Notes: generated by a model not told the origin, from the sequence alone. A stretch of DNA of 48,952 nt from an uncultured Candidatus Saccharibacteria bacterium (GCA_964577785.1 CAZOAK010000003.1:1-48952), one strand, 5' to 3'. Positions 1 through 8,636 are shown, numbered from the stretch's first letter. Numbers and translations are program-made.

Positions 1-1
1 A

Positions 2-442
2 ACTATGCTTATTGATCAACAAAAAAAACAGGGCGAGGAACCGTTGATAAGTCTTGAAGAATCAGAAAAGCTTAAAAAACTTTCACTACTTAAGATAAAT
101 AGACTGGCAGCTAACAATAAATTACAGCAGGAACCTAAACTTATTTTTGCACTGTACCGCTGGAAAGAATGGGAAGGAGAAGAAAAAGTAAAAATTTATA
201 TTAAGAAATTGATCTCGACTAGACAGGGACTTCTCACGCTTCTTAGGGGTTTTGTTAATAAGGTCCTATCTTCTGATGGTAACTATAATAGGTTGGATAA
301 AAAAAGCATTGATCCTCTTTATCCGATTAGTGATATTGAGATTTTAGTGGGAAAAATTACCGATAAGGAAATAACGCTTATGGATGAAAAGGATAAGGAA
401 GCCATAAACCTTTTTAAAAATCCACCCAAACACGATTGGTAA
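2..442 (+). CDS. hypothetical protein, C-terminal part (ORF open to the left window edge)
   Basis: Reading frame is open from base 2. Lys/Glu-rich, with no motif I recognise. Confidence 0.5.
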   Translation, partial: TMLIDQQKKQGEEPLISLEESEKLKKLSLLKINRLAANNKLQQEPKLIFALYRWKEWEGEEKVKIYIKKLISTRQGLLTLLRGFVNKVLSSDGNYNRLDKKSIDPLYPISDIEILVGKITDKEITLMDEKDKEAINLFKNPPKHDW

Positions 443-681
443 GGTAAATGGAACAAGTATAAATACTACATTAAAGATTAAATTTACTTAATTCTCTTGC
501 AAGATGGCTTCTCGAACATCATCCCAAGTTCGGAGCCCTTAAAACACCTTTATTTTATAAGGGTGTTTTTTTGATACCTCAGTAGGGTTCAGAACTTTCA
601 GTATAGATTTTAAATAAACTAGTTCTGAAGTGAAGGTGGGAGAAATAGTTCTAAAATACCACTAAACTGTAAATCACTTTT

Positions 682-728
682 GATACCAGTCCAATTTAGA
701 GTTCTAAACGTATCCAACAGAGGGAGCA
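682..728 (+). repeat. 47-nt conserved intergenic motif, copy A
   Basis: 38/47 identical to 1985-2031 by hand alignment. Core is AGTTCTAAACnTATCCAACAG. Confidence 0.6.
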
Positions 729-730
729 TT

Positions 731-770
731 GAAAAGTAATAACCGCCTATGAAGGCGGTTATTACTTTTC
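731..770. terminator. perfect 17-bp hairpin, probable bidirectional terminator
   Basis: GAAAAGTAATAACCGCC / loop TATGAA / GGCGGTTATTACTTTTC. Lies downstream of the minus-strand gene ending at 814. Confidence 0.7.
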
Positions 771-813
771 TATAATTTGAACAAGATTCAACCCTGCTAA
801 TTTTAGAATATCT

Positions 814-1170
814 TTAAACACGAGTCTCTGTAAAAAATATTTTTTTTGCTCTATAGTATCTATAAAATGTCCAACCTAGAATCACATAAACTATTAATGA
901 ATTTCCATTAAAATCAGGAAAAACTAAATAATAAAAAAATCCAGCATAAATTATTGAAACGAGAGAGATTACCCAAGATAATTTGTTTCCAATATTCTGT
1001 ACCTTTAAAAACGTAATTGGAATAATTATTAAGCAAATCAAATACAAAAATATATTTCCACCCATCGGCACTGCAATGAAAAGCAGCATAACACCGAATA
1101 AAATAAGCAAAATGTTAATTCCACCACTGGTTATCTCCTTTCTAACACTCTCTAGATTTTGAGTAAACAT
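814..1170 (-). CDS. small multi-pass membrane protein, unknown function
   Basis: 118-aa ORF with several long hydrophobic segments. No recognisable family motif. Confidence 0.6.
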   Translation of the reverse strand: MFTQNLESVRKEITSGGINILLILFGVMLLFIAVPMGGNIFLYLICLIIIPITFLKVQNIGNKLSWVISLVSIIYAGFFYYLVFPDFNGNSLIVYVILGWTFYRYYRAKKIFFTETRV

Positions 1171-1296
1171 ATTTTTATTTATTTTAAACTTAATCTAACG
1201 ATTATATTATAACATTTGAATTATCTTGTGTCATAAAGCTTTATATAAACCGTGTTACCTATTTTACTTATTAGCAATATTTGATAGTATTTGGTT

Positions 1297-1986
1297 ATGA
1301 AAAATATTTTTAAATTGCTATTTCAGTGGATACTATCTTGTATTGGAGTTTTTATTTTACTAATGATTATTGGCAAGTTCAGTGACGAAACCTCTGGTTT
1401 AATACTAGTTTTATTTATAATATTTAGTTTTATTTTCCAGGTAGCAAGGTTGGCTAAAATGAATAATATTGACTTAATTGGTAAATTTCGTGCAAATTTA
1501 AATTCAGCATCAACAAAACCTGTGGTGAATATTTCTGATGTACCACAAAAAAAATATTTAGGATATACAAAATTAAGCACTTTTACTAAACTTTTTCTTG
1601 GAATAAACTTATTTAACTTTATTCTGTTTAGCCTCCAATATCTAGGTTTTATGTTTTTTGGAGTAGGAGGATTTATATTCACAATATTGGCAAGATTTTT
1701 TAATCCTATAAATTCATATCTTGCTCTAATACTTTTTATCACAACACTGATATTTTGGAAAAAAAGTAGTAGTCATATTTTACAGTTATTACCTTTTCTT
1801 TTTTATGTATTTGCAGGTATTTCTCAATTTATATTTAATTACTACGCGAATGAGCATGGTTCATACACATTTGCATATTACGGAGAAATACTTGTACAAA
1901 TACTAGGCGTATTGGTTGCATTTATTGCTTATTTTAAATACAAAAAGATTCCAATCGACGCCCAAATTCCTCAACCTCTTTCCTAA
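1297..1986 (+). CDS. multi-pass membrane protein, unknown function
   Basis: Hydrophobic ORF. ATG at 1297 is preferred over the TTG at 1291 used by the ORF track. Confidence 0.6.
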   Translation: MKNIFKLLFQWILSCIGVFILLMIIGKFSDETSGLILVLFIIFSFIFQVARLAKMNNIDLIGKFRANLNSASTKPVVNISDVPQKKYLGYTKLSTFTKLFLGINLFNFILFSLQYLGFMFFGVGGFIFTILARFFNPINSYLALILFITTLIFWKKSSSHILQLLPFLFYVFAGISQFIFNYYANEHGSYTFAYYGEILVQILGVLVAFIAYFKYKKIPIDAQIPQPLS

Positions 1987-2031
1987 TACCTACCCAATTC
2001 AAAGTTCTAAACATATCCAACAGTGGTAGCA
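1985..2031 (+). repeat. 47-nt conserved intergenic motif, copy B
   Basis: See copy A. Begins inside the stop codon of the 1297-1986 gene. Confidence 0.6.
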
Positions 2032-2036
2032 CAAAA

Positions 2037-2070
2037 AGAAAAACTACTAGAATATTCTAGTAGTTTTTCT
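2037..2070 (+). terminator. intrinsic terminator (34-nt perfect palindrome followed by TTTTGTG)
   Basis: AGAAAAACTACTAGAAT / ATTCTAGTAGTTTTTCT. Confidence 0.75.
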
Positions 2071-2109
2071 TTTTGTGCTCCCCCGAGAAAAGTCTAAACG
2101 ACTTTTCGT

Positions 2110-2218
2110 GTAGGGATCGAACAGATTCACGGGTACGCTCGCAGTAGCGAGTGTCGTAAATCTGCGTTTTGAATTCTGATGAGAGACGACGAGTCAGAAT
2201 TCGAAAAGATCACCCTAC
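2110..2218. ncRNA. candidate structured RNA: three-helix junction, class unknown
   Basis: Helix A 2110-2118/2208-2218. Helix B 2122-2131/2155-2164 plus 2135-2142/2147-2154. Helix C 2171-2179/2194-2202. No credible ORF, and G+C is higher than the surroundings. Confidence 0.35.
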
Positions 2219-2230
2219 CCAGGATCGGAA

Positions 2231-2300
2231 ACCTTTTGAGCTGATTTTGTGAGGTAACGAAACAAAATCACCAAAAGGTATACTGCTCCTGTAAGGCGAG
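2231..2300 (+). ncRNA. conserved RNA-like motif, copy 1 (ACCTTTTGAG..CCAAAAGGT-N8-CCTGTAAGG)
   Basis: Shares the basal 8-bp stem, 8-nt spacer and 9-mer with 11455-11505. The distal stem differs but still pairs (GATTTTGT/ACAAAATC). Confidence 0.45.
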
Positions 2301-2406
2301 ATTCCCTACCGGTGATCGAAAACTTTTTAAGTAGATTTTTGAGTTTGATAAAACAAAGAAAATCTCCAATAGACGAGACGACAAACAACATGATAAAATA
2401 CAGCAT

Positions 2407-2796
2407 ATGAAAAAAACAATAAATGTAATATTAAAAGTTGTATTATCACTCATCTTAATAATGCCAGTACTTGGAACGCTTGGTATATTCCCAGAACCAA
2501 CTCCTGAAATGTATCAAACAAAAGAAGCGTATGAATTCATAATTACACTCATGAACACTGGATATACCATGTGGCTTATGACTATTGTATTTGCTATTTG
2601 TTTTGTTCTCACAATTAAAAATAAAATGGCTCTTGTTGCCATTTTACTACTCCCTATCACAATAAACATTATTGGTTTCCACATGTTCCTTGATGGAGGA
2701 TCGTTTACTGCAGGAGCAATTATGGGAAATGTATTTTTTCTAATAAATATTTATTTCCTCTGGCAAAATCGAAACCAATATAAAGTATTAATATAA
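2407..2796 (+). CDS. small 4-TM membrane protein, unknown function
   Basis: 129-aa ORF with about four hydrophobic helices, immediately downstream of the structured region. Confidence 0.65.
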   Translation: MKKTINVILKVVLSLILIMPVLGTLGIFPEPTPEMYQTKEAYEFIITLMNTGYTMWLMTIVFAICFVLTIKNKMALVAILLLPITINIIGFHMFLDGGSFTAGAIMGNVFFLINIYFLWQNRNQYKVLI

Positions 2797-2811
2797 TTCA
2801 ATGGTTGGGTT

Positions 2812-3771
2812 TTATTTTTTATGTTCATTCATATACCCCTCATACCACCCAGAATCACTCCCAAAAAGTTTAGCCGATAAATCAATTGCCAAATTAGCAG
2901 TTCTCTTGTCCGTATCTCCAGCCGATGACATCTCCACTATATCCACCCCTATCACATTGGCAGCTCTCCCAATGAAACGGGCAAGATTTAAAATTTCTCT
3001 TGGTGTAAAACCTTCGTCCGTCGCCATGGGTGATGATGGAACATATCTTTTTTGAATACTGTCCATATCCATACTAACCCAAATATTTTTATTCCTTTTT
3101 GAAAATTTATCTACAATGTTTAAAACTTCATTCATTCCCTGGTTTTGAACATCAAACATTGTGACGACATTAATCCTTTCCTTTTTTAAATAGTCTATTT
3201 CATAATCATCCATATCTTTAAGTCCAATATATAAAACATTTTTCTTTTTTATTTTTGCCCCGTCTTCCAAAATATTTACAAGACCCTTATCTCCAACCCC
3301 AAGCAAAGATGATACCAGCATACCGTGAACATTTTTGGTCAGACTTTTCTCCCATGTAGAAATATCTGGATGCGCGTCAATCCAAATCACCCCAATATCC
3401 TTATCTTTTGCAATTGAAGCTCCGCTAATAGTACCGAGACTTATACTATGATCTCCACCAAAAACTAATACTCGCCTACCCAAACTAATTTCAGTCTCAA
3501 CTTTTTTTGAAACAACTCCCGCCATTTCTATTGCTAGTTGTTTAAGGACTTTTTTGTCTTTACTTTTCGATTGTTTAACGAAAACATCACCATTATCTAC
3601 GACCTCAATCCCAGATTGAATCAATTGTTTAACAATTCCACATTTTCTTAAATATTTTGGATTAGTAGCAAGACCTGTCGCACCAGAACCCTCCTCAAAA
3701 GGAACACCTATTATTGAAACAGTTTCCTTGACCGGTTGTTTTTTATATAAATTAAGAGAGTTCTTTTTCAC
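2812..3771 (-). CDS. arginase-family ureohydrolase (arginase-like)
   Basis: Motifs GGDHSIS, WIDAHPD, NVHGM and SMDMDS, matching the Mn-binding arginase/agmatinase signature. Confidence 0.75.
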   Translation of the reverse strand: MKKNSLNLYKKQPVKETVSIIGVPFEEGSGATGLATNPKYLRKCGIVKQLIQSGIEVVDNGDVFVKQSKSKDKKVLKQLAIEMAGVVSKKVETEISLGRRVLVFGGDHSISLGTISGASIAKDKDIGVIWIDAHPDISTWEKSLTKNVHGMLVSSLLGVGDKGLVNILEDGAKIKKKNVLYIGLKDMDDYEIDYLKKERINVVTMFDVQNQGMNEVLNIVDKFSKRNKNIWVSMDMDSIQKRYVPSSPMATDEGFTPREILNLARFIGRAANVIGVDIVEMSSAGDTDKRTANLAIDLSAKLFGSDSGWYEGYMNEHKK

Positions 3772-3849
3772 AGGTTAATTCTAACGTTTATGTCCGTTAG
3801 TTACAAACTATTTTTTAATGAATTTAATTTGTATTTATGTAGTGAGTAT

Positions 3850-3878
3850 TTGACATTTTTATGTTGTAGTGTTATTGT
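3850..3878 (+). promoter_or_regulatory. candidate sigma-70 promoter (TTGACA-17 nt-TATTGT)
   Basis: Hexamers at 3850-3855 and 3873-3878, about 70 nt upstream of the ATG at 3945. Confidence 0.35.
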
Positions 3879-3944
3879 GATTTTTGTAAATGTCAGAAAA
3901 GTTTAACCTTTTCCCTTCACAATCAACTCAAACTCTTCCCCTTC

Positions 3945-4673
3945 ATGAAAATACCGTTAATTATCATTCTACTTCTCGGAGCTGTAGCGACTGGTGTATT
4001 CCTAGGCTCTAAATACAAATCTGGAGTGGATAAAAAAATCCCACCAACGATTGAACAGCCGATCCATAAATTGCACACAGAAACTGAAATGAAAGAGTTT
4101 TGGTCCCGTCACTTAAAAAAGGTGTTCGAGGATGAACTCATTAATTCCAAATACTCTGTGACAGAAATCAATGAGAGATACAAACTCCTCACTGAAAAAA
4201 TTAGGTTGCGCCATAAGCAAAACCTCCAAGTTAGTCTCGTGACCAACTTTAGCAAGGATAGTGAATCAGCACTCGCTGGTCCATGGATAAAAAATGGCAA
4301 ACCCACTGTGGATTTAATAATTCCGTCGCTAATGCGTGTCCACGAATCTCTCATCAAAAAGCATGGTATTATGCTCGGAGAAAAAATCTTTGAGCTGACA
4401 GCAGTGACAGCGTTCATTCATGAACTTGATCATCTTGCATTTGGCTATATGAATGAGCAGGATATCAGTCTGAAAACCCTGGTTGAAAACGAATGCTTGG
4501 CTTGGGCGCAAACATGTGAATACACAATAAGACCCTTGGTTGAGAAATGCCGCTTCAAATTGAGTGAGAGTGAGCAGACCTACTATTCAAATTGGATTAA
4601 TTCTGATAGAAATGCAGATAATCCTCTATGGAAGGAGTTCATACACAAGACTTATGCTCATACAAGAAAATGA
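3945..4673 (+). CDS. membrane-anchored protein with an HExxH motif (possible zinc metallopeptidase)
   Basis: N-terminal hydrophobic anchor and HELDH at FIHELDHLAF. Otherwise unrecognised. Confidence 0.5.
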   Translation: MKIPLIIILLLGAVATGVFLGSKYKSGVDKKIPPTIEQPIHKLHTETEMKEFWSRHLKKVFEDELINSKYSVTEINERYKLLTEKIRLRHKQNLQVSLVTNFSKDSESALAGPWIKNGKPTVDLIIPSLMRVHESLIKKHGIMLGEKIFELTAVTAFIHELDHLAFGYMNEQDISLKTLVENECLAWAQTCEYTIRPLVEKCRFKLSESEQTYYSNWINSDRNADNPLWKEFIHKTYAHTRK

Positions 4674-4745
4674 GTTTGCATTGCATTTGTACGATACACG
4701 CCTAAAAAACGTGTATTTTTTTTATTTAAATCAATAATTTAATTA

Positions 4746-5946
4746 CTAATTAGCAATCGTCCAAGTCGTACCACGTATAGGAAAAGCACCACTAACAGTT
4801 GCATTTGTATCAACAGATTGAACATCTACCATCAATTGTTGATTCACATAATCAGCCACATCAGAAGACATAACTACTTTGATTGTAAATAACTTCATTT
4901 CACCTGGAGCAAGTATTGCATTAGTGACTGGTGCAAATGCTATACCATTTTTAAACGGAGTAGAACCTTCTGCGCCACCAACAGAACCCCTCGAACCATT
5001 CTTATCATCAACAGTTGTTAGTCCAATAATAGCATCAACTGACGCAGAACCATTTTGTTTTATATAAAAACCCTTTATTAACGCATATCCCTTACCAACA
5101 TTTGAAACCTGAAGAGATAGGTACCGATCCACCAGTATGAACTGTACCTCCAACCAAAAGTGGTACAAGTGATACTACTACGGTAGTTGTTGCATTCGGA
5201 TCAATCACAATTGGAGTAGGTGTTGGAACAGGAACAGGGATTGGTGCAGGTTTAGGTATTATAACCGGGGGTTTAGTGCTGATTACTGGCGGATTAGTAC
5301 TAGTCACTACTGGAGCTTTATTGATAATTAATATTCCATTTGCCACATTATCAATAACAACATCTCCAACACTAGAAACAGATACATCATATAATCCTAC
5401 TGAAAGATTACTTAGTATTTCAACTTTCCATTTTTGATCTTCTACAATAACCAAACCACTCTTATAAACAACCTCATTGGTTCCCTTCCTGTTTATTTTT
5501 ACTTCGATAGCACCCGTACCAGATGCTGTACCAAAAATAGTTGGTTTCAACAAAGAAGAAGTGAGCGATGCTTCATCAATACTTGCTTTTACAACATTAA
5601 CATTGGCAATACAAGTCACCTTTTTATTTCCCCTATTAAACTGGTAAGAATAAGAAACTGTATCCTTTGGAAAATCTGTCAGGGTGCCCGAGAGCAAAAC
5701 ACTCTCACCATTTGAGTCATTTGCAGTTTTAGCATTATTACTATTCCAGACAACATAAACTTCTTCACCCTCTCTAATAAATAAATCACCATTATTGTTT
5801 GCCTTTTTGTCCTTACTAGTTGCAATAATAGAGCAAGTTGGTTCTATATTTGAAATGGAGATAAATTGTTGCACACCAAACACTACAATTATTATTCCAA
5901 TAAGAGTAAAAAATAAAATTCTTCTAGCAAAAAAATCTGGTATCAT
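4746..5946 (-). pseudogene. anchored Pro-rich surface protein split by an apparent +1 frameshift near 5112-5115
   Basis: ORFs 5092-5946 and 4746-5168 overlap. The upstream frame reads naturally to ..GGSVPIS and the downstream frame only from LQVSNVGKGY. The second ORF has no signal peptide of its own. Confidence 0.5.
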
Positions 5947-6112
5947 TACTACAATTATACATGTACTATTGACAAAATGATAGTTAAATAGTTTTATACC
6001 ACAACAATTGTCCTAATCATAATGAAATTATAAATAGTAATAATATTTAAAATTTTGAATAATTCAACAATTAGGATATACTTGATTCGTAATCATTAAC
6101 ACATTAAATTAT

Positions 6113-6253
6113 ATGGCAAAAAGAACAGGATCAATAAGTAAACTAACAACACATAGTCTTAAAGGACCACACAAGACTAAAAAGAGGCTGGCTATAAAAA
6201 AGGCAAAAATCGCAGCAAAAACTGCAAACAAGAGATACAACAAAGGTAAATAA
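6113..6253 (+). CDS. small basic protein (46 aa), unannotated in the ORF track
   Basis: MAKRTGSISKLTTHSLKGPHKTKKRLAIKKAKIAAKTANKRYNKGK. Ends 2 nt before the cupin gene start. Confidence 0.35.
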   Translation: MAKRTGSISKLTTHSLKGPHKTKKRLAIKKAKIAAKTANKRYNKGK

Positions 6254-6255
6254 AT

Positions 6256-6654
6256 ATGAAGGGATTTCATTCAAATATTGAAAAAGATACTTTGGAGAAT
6301 ACTAATTTTAGGAAAGTGCTTTATACAGGAAAGCACAGCCAATTAGTATTAATGAATCTCAAACCAAAAGAAGAAATTGGCATGGAAGTCCACGAAAACA
6401 ATGATCAATTCTTCCGATTCGAACAAGGTAGCGGTAAATGTGTTATCGATGATAATGAGTATGAGATAAGTAACGGAACTGCGATAGTTATCCCAGCTGG
6501 AGCTAAACACAATATAATCAACACATCAGACACCACAGAACTTAAACTCTACACAATATATTCACCCGCACACCACAAAGATGGTATTATTCGAGAAACA
6601 AAAGAAGATGCCGTATCTAATGAAGCAGAGTTTGATGGAGTGACGACTGAGTAA
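6256..6654 (+). CDS. cupin-domain protein
   Basis: GMEVHENNDQFFRF..G.....IPAGAKHNIIN matches the two-motif cupin pattern. Confidence 0.7.
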   Translation: MKGFHSNIEKDTLENTNFRKVLYTGKHSQLVLMNLKPKEEIGMEVHENNDQFFRFEQGSGKCVIDDNEYEISNGTAIVIPAGAKHNIINTSDTTELKLYTIYSPAHHKDGIIRETKEDAVSNEAEFDGVTTE

Positions 6655-6718
6655 AAGCGTACTAAGCAAGGTAAGTAATTTATTGAGAAATAATTATTAT
6701 AAGTATAATAAATAATCT

Positions 6719-7027
6719 ATGACTGAAGAAGGAATTAAAGATGGCATATGGACAGGAGATTGGGTTTTAGGACAAAGACCTGATGGGTATGAGAGTACAA
6801 CAGAAATTATAAATGAACTGAAAGAAAAATTTGGTGAAGAAAAAACTCTACAATTGATAAATAAAGAGATGATAGGGGAAAAATTAGGTCATGAATTCTC
6901 AGATGAGTATGACACTATTTTAAAGGATGCCAAGGATAATAATCTCCCAACTCAAATGATTCCAATTCTTTTGGAATATAACAAAAGATATTGCGACTTT
7001 CTTAGAGAACAGTTGAAACAATCATAA
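6719..7027 (+). CDS. hypothetical acidic protein
   Basis: 102-aa ORF followed directly by a terminator. Confidence 0.5.
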   Translation: MTEEGIKDGIWTGDWVLGQRPDGYESTTEIINELKEKFGEEKTLQLINKEMIGEKLGHEFSDEYDTILKDAKDNNLPTQMIPILLEYNKRYCDFLREQLKQS

Positions 7028-7063
7028 AAAACAAAATCCCCTCTTACGAGGGGATTTTGTTTT
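7028..7063. terminator. bidirectional intrinsic terminator
   Basis: AAAACAAAATCCCCTC / TTAC / GAGGGGATTTTGTTTT, a 16-bp perfect stem with A/T runs on both sides. Confidence 0.8.
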
Positions 7064-7076
7064 GAGATATAATATC

Positions 7077-7229
7077 TTATTTTGCCTTCCCAAGAATACA
7101 ATACATTCCTGTTCCACAAACTGGGCATTTGCCTTTAGACGCTTTTCTTCCATTCTTCATAGTTACTTCCTTCTCGTCCACCATAACCTTTTTTGCCTTA
7201 CATTTTACACAATATGCTGTTGTTGCCAT
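7077..7229 (-). CDS. 50-aa zinc-ribbon protein (DUF5679-like)
   Basis: MATTAYCVKCKAKKVMVDEKEVTMKNGRKASKGKCPVCGTGMYCILGKAK with two CxxC pairs. Replaces the implausible plus-strand ORF 7062-7286. Confidence 0.6.
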   Translation of the reverse strand: MATTAYCVKCKAKKVMVDEKEVTMKNGRKASKGKCPVCGTGMYCILGKAK

Positions 7230-7469
7230 AAATTATATTTAACGAAATTATGTCGCAACCGTACTAAAAGCGCGACCCCTTTCTAATATAAACATAGTAC
7301 CATACAATACATTATCCGTCACCTTAGTTAGTCACAGGTGCAAAAAATGACAATATTACGTTGTGAAAATTACCCCCCCCCTTGTAAGATTTACTTGACT
7401 ATCACGTCTTAAATAGTGGTAGAATTAATTCTGTAAATTATTATTAATTTTAATAACATTTATAAATAT

Positions 7470-7601
7470 ATGAATGATCAAATAAAAAGAAGTATTGGAG
7501 AAAACAATCCTCCCAAACCAACACCTGATGAGCCTCAACCTGAAGAAAAAAGTACTCCAGGGGGTCCAACAAGTCCTTGGGGTAAACAAGTAATTAGATA
7601 G
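7470..7601 (+). CDS. possible 43-aa Pro-rich peptide
   Basis: MNDQIKRSIGENNPPKPTPDEPQPEEKSTPGGPTSPWGKQVIR. A TTGACT / TGgTAGAAT promoter-like pair lies at 7395-7425. Confidence 0.2.
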   Translation: MNDQIKRSIGENNPPKPTPDEPQPEEKSTPGGPTSPWGKQVIR

Positions 7602-7740
7602 GTAATAATAGATTTACCCGAACCAGAACCATACATCATAGTAAGGTTCTGGTTTTAATTATTTAAGTAATTTAACAATCATACCTTCCCTATCCCTATT
7701 TAACTTATACCCCATATAACAATATGTTATAATCCCATAC

Positions 7741-8634
7741 ATGCTACAAAACAGATTTTTGAAACTGGAAATCAGAAAGCCAATCCTCTATGCGTTATTA
7801 TTTATAACTCTTTCTTATGGAGCATTCGAATATACCTCCATCAGAATTGAAGCTTTGGTCAAAGAAAGTGAGATGGAGATAAAAATCCATAATTTGGAAA
7901 ATGAGATATTAAAAAATCTAAATGAAAAAGAGAAACTTGCTTTAACAATACAGAATAAAGAAAGCGAGATTATGAATAAAGAAAGTGAAAACGAGTCACT
8001 AGGAAATGAGATTCAAGAAAAAGAAGAGACTATTGAAAAATTAAAAGAAATTGACAAACAGTTGCTACAGAAATATTCAAAAATTTTCTTTCTGAACGAG
8101 CACTACACTCCTAGAGATACTTCGGAGATACCTTCTATATATCTAACACCAAATTCAAAATCGCTTGAAATAAATTCTGAAGTCCTACCATTCCTTAAGA
8201 GAATGATTAAAGCGTCAGTGAATGCTAATAATCCAATTCAGATCGTTTCTGCATACAGATCATATGGTACGCAAGCAAACCTAAAGACAGCATACAAATC
8301 CGTCTTCGGTTCTGGTGCCAATACATTCTCTGCCGATCAGGGATATTCAGAACATCAACTAGGAACAACTGTGGATCTCACAACCCCAATACTCCAAAGC
8401 ACTTTTGTTTCTTTTGAGGATACACCTGCTTTCAAATGGCTTGAGGACAATGCACATGAATATGGCTTTACACTCTCATATCCAAAGAATAATAAATATT
8501 ATGTTTATGAACCATGGCATTGGAGATTTGTTGGTGTTAAGCTCGCAACAAAGTTATATGATGATGGTAAATATTTCTATGATTTAGACCAGAGAGAAAT
8601 AGATGAGTACCTACTAGAAATATTTGAATCCTAA
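7741..8634 (+). CDS. M15B (VanY-type) D-Ala-D-Ala carboxypeptidase-family peptidase with N-terminal anchor and coiled coil
   Basis: SAYRSY, SEHQLGTTVD and EPWHWRF motifs. Confidence 0.8.
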   Translation: MLQNRFLKLEIRKPILYALLFITLSYGAFEYTSIRIEALVKESEMEIKIHNLENEILKNLNEKEKLALTIQNKESEIMNKESENESLGNEIQEKEETIEKLKEIDKQLLQKYSKIFFLNEHYTPRDTSEIPSIYLTPNSKSLEINSEVLPFLKRMIKASVNANNPIQIVSAYRSYGTQANLKTAYKSVFGSGANTFSADQGYSEHQLGTTVDLTTPILQSTFVSFEDTPAFKWLEDNAHEYGFTLSYPKNNKYYVYEPWHWRFVGVKLATKLYDDGKYFYDLDQREIDEYLLEIFES

Positions 8635-8636
8635 TT

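Noticed and set aside
2081-2100. RNase P P4-like GAGAAAAGTC
   Set aside because: It forms its own local hairpin with GACTTTTC, and the near-invariant AGGAAAGUCC and ACAGAA..GGCUUA elements are absent.
2110-2125. tRNA/tmRNA-like GGGATCGAAC (minus strand GTTCGATCCC)
   Set aside because: There is no 5-bp T-stem flanking the putative loop and no acceptor/CCA context. There is also no GGGG 5' end or tag ORF for tmRNA.
2176-2207. Hammerhead-ribozyme-like CTGATGAG..GAAA near a three-way junction
   Set aside because: CTGA is base-paired inside helix C. The joining strands (3, 6 and 5 nt) do not match the 7/3/1 hammerhead core, and no helix II leads directly into GAAA.
2165-2220. Fluoride (crcB-motif) riboswitch suggested by CTGATGA and CCCTAC
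   Set aside because: The two elements are about 30 nt apart instead of contiguous. The 5' GGnGAnGG pseudoknot partner is missing, and the downstream protein lacks CrcB features.
2215-2453. Minus-strand track ORFs 2215-2406 and 2268-2453
   Set aside because: They are low-complexity, overlap each other and the structured region, and the second overlaps the start of the credible plus-strand gene.
7062-7286. Plus-strand 74-aa ORF
   Set aside because: It is Cys/Phe-rich with no start context and starts inside a terminator. The opposite strand encodes a clean double-CxxC zinc ribbon.
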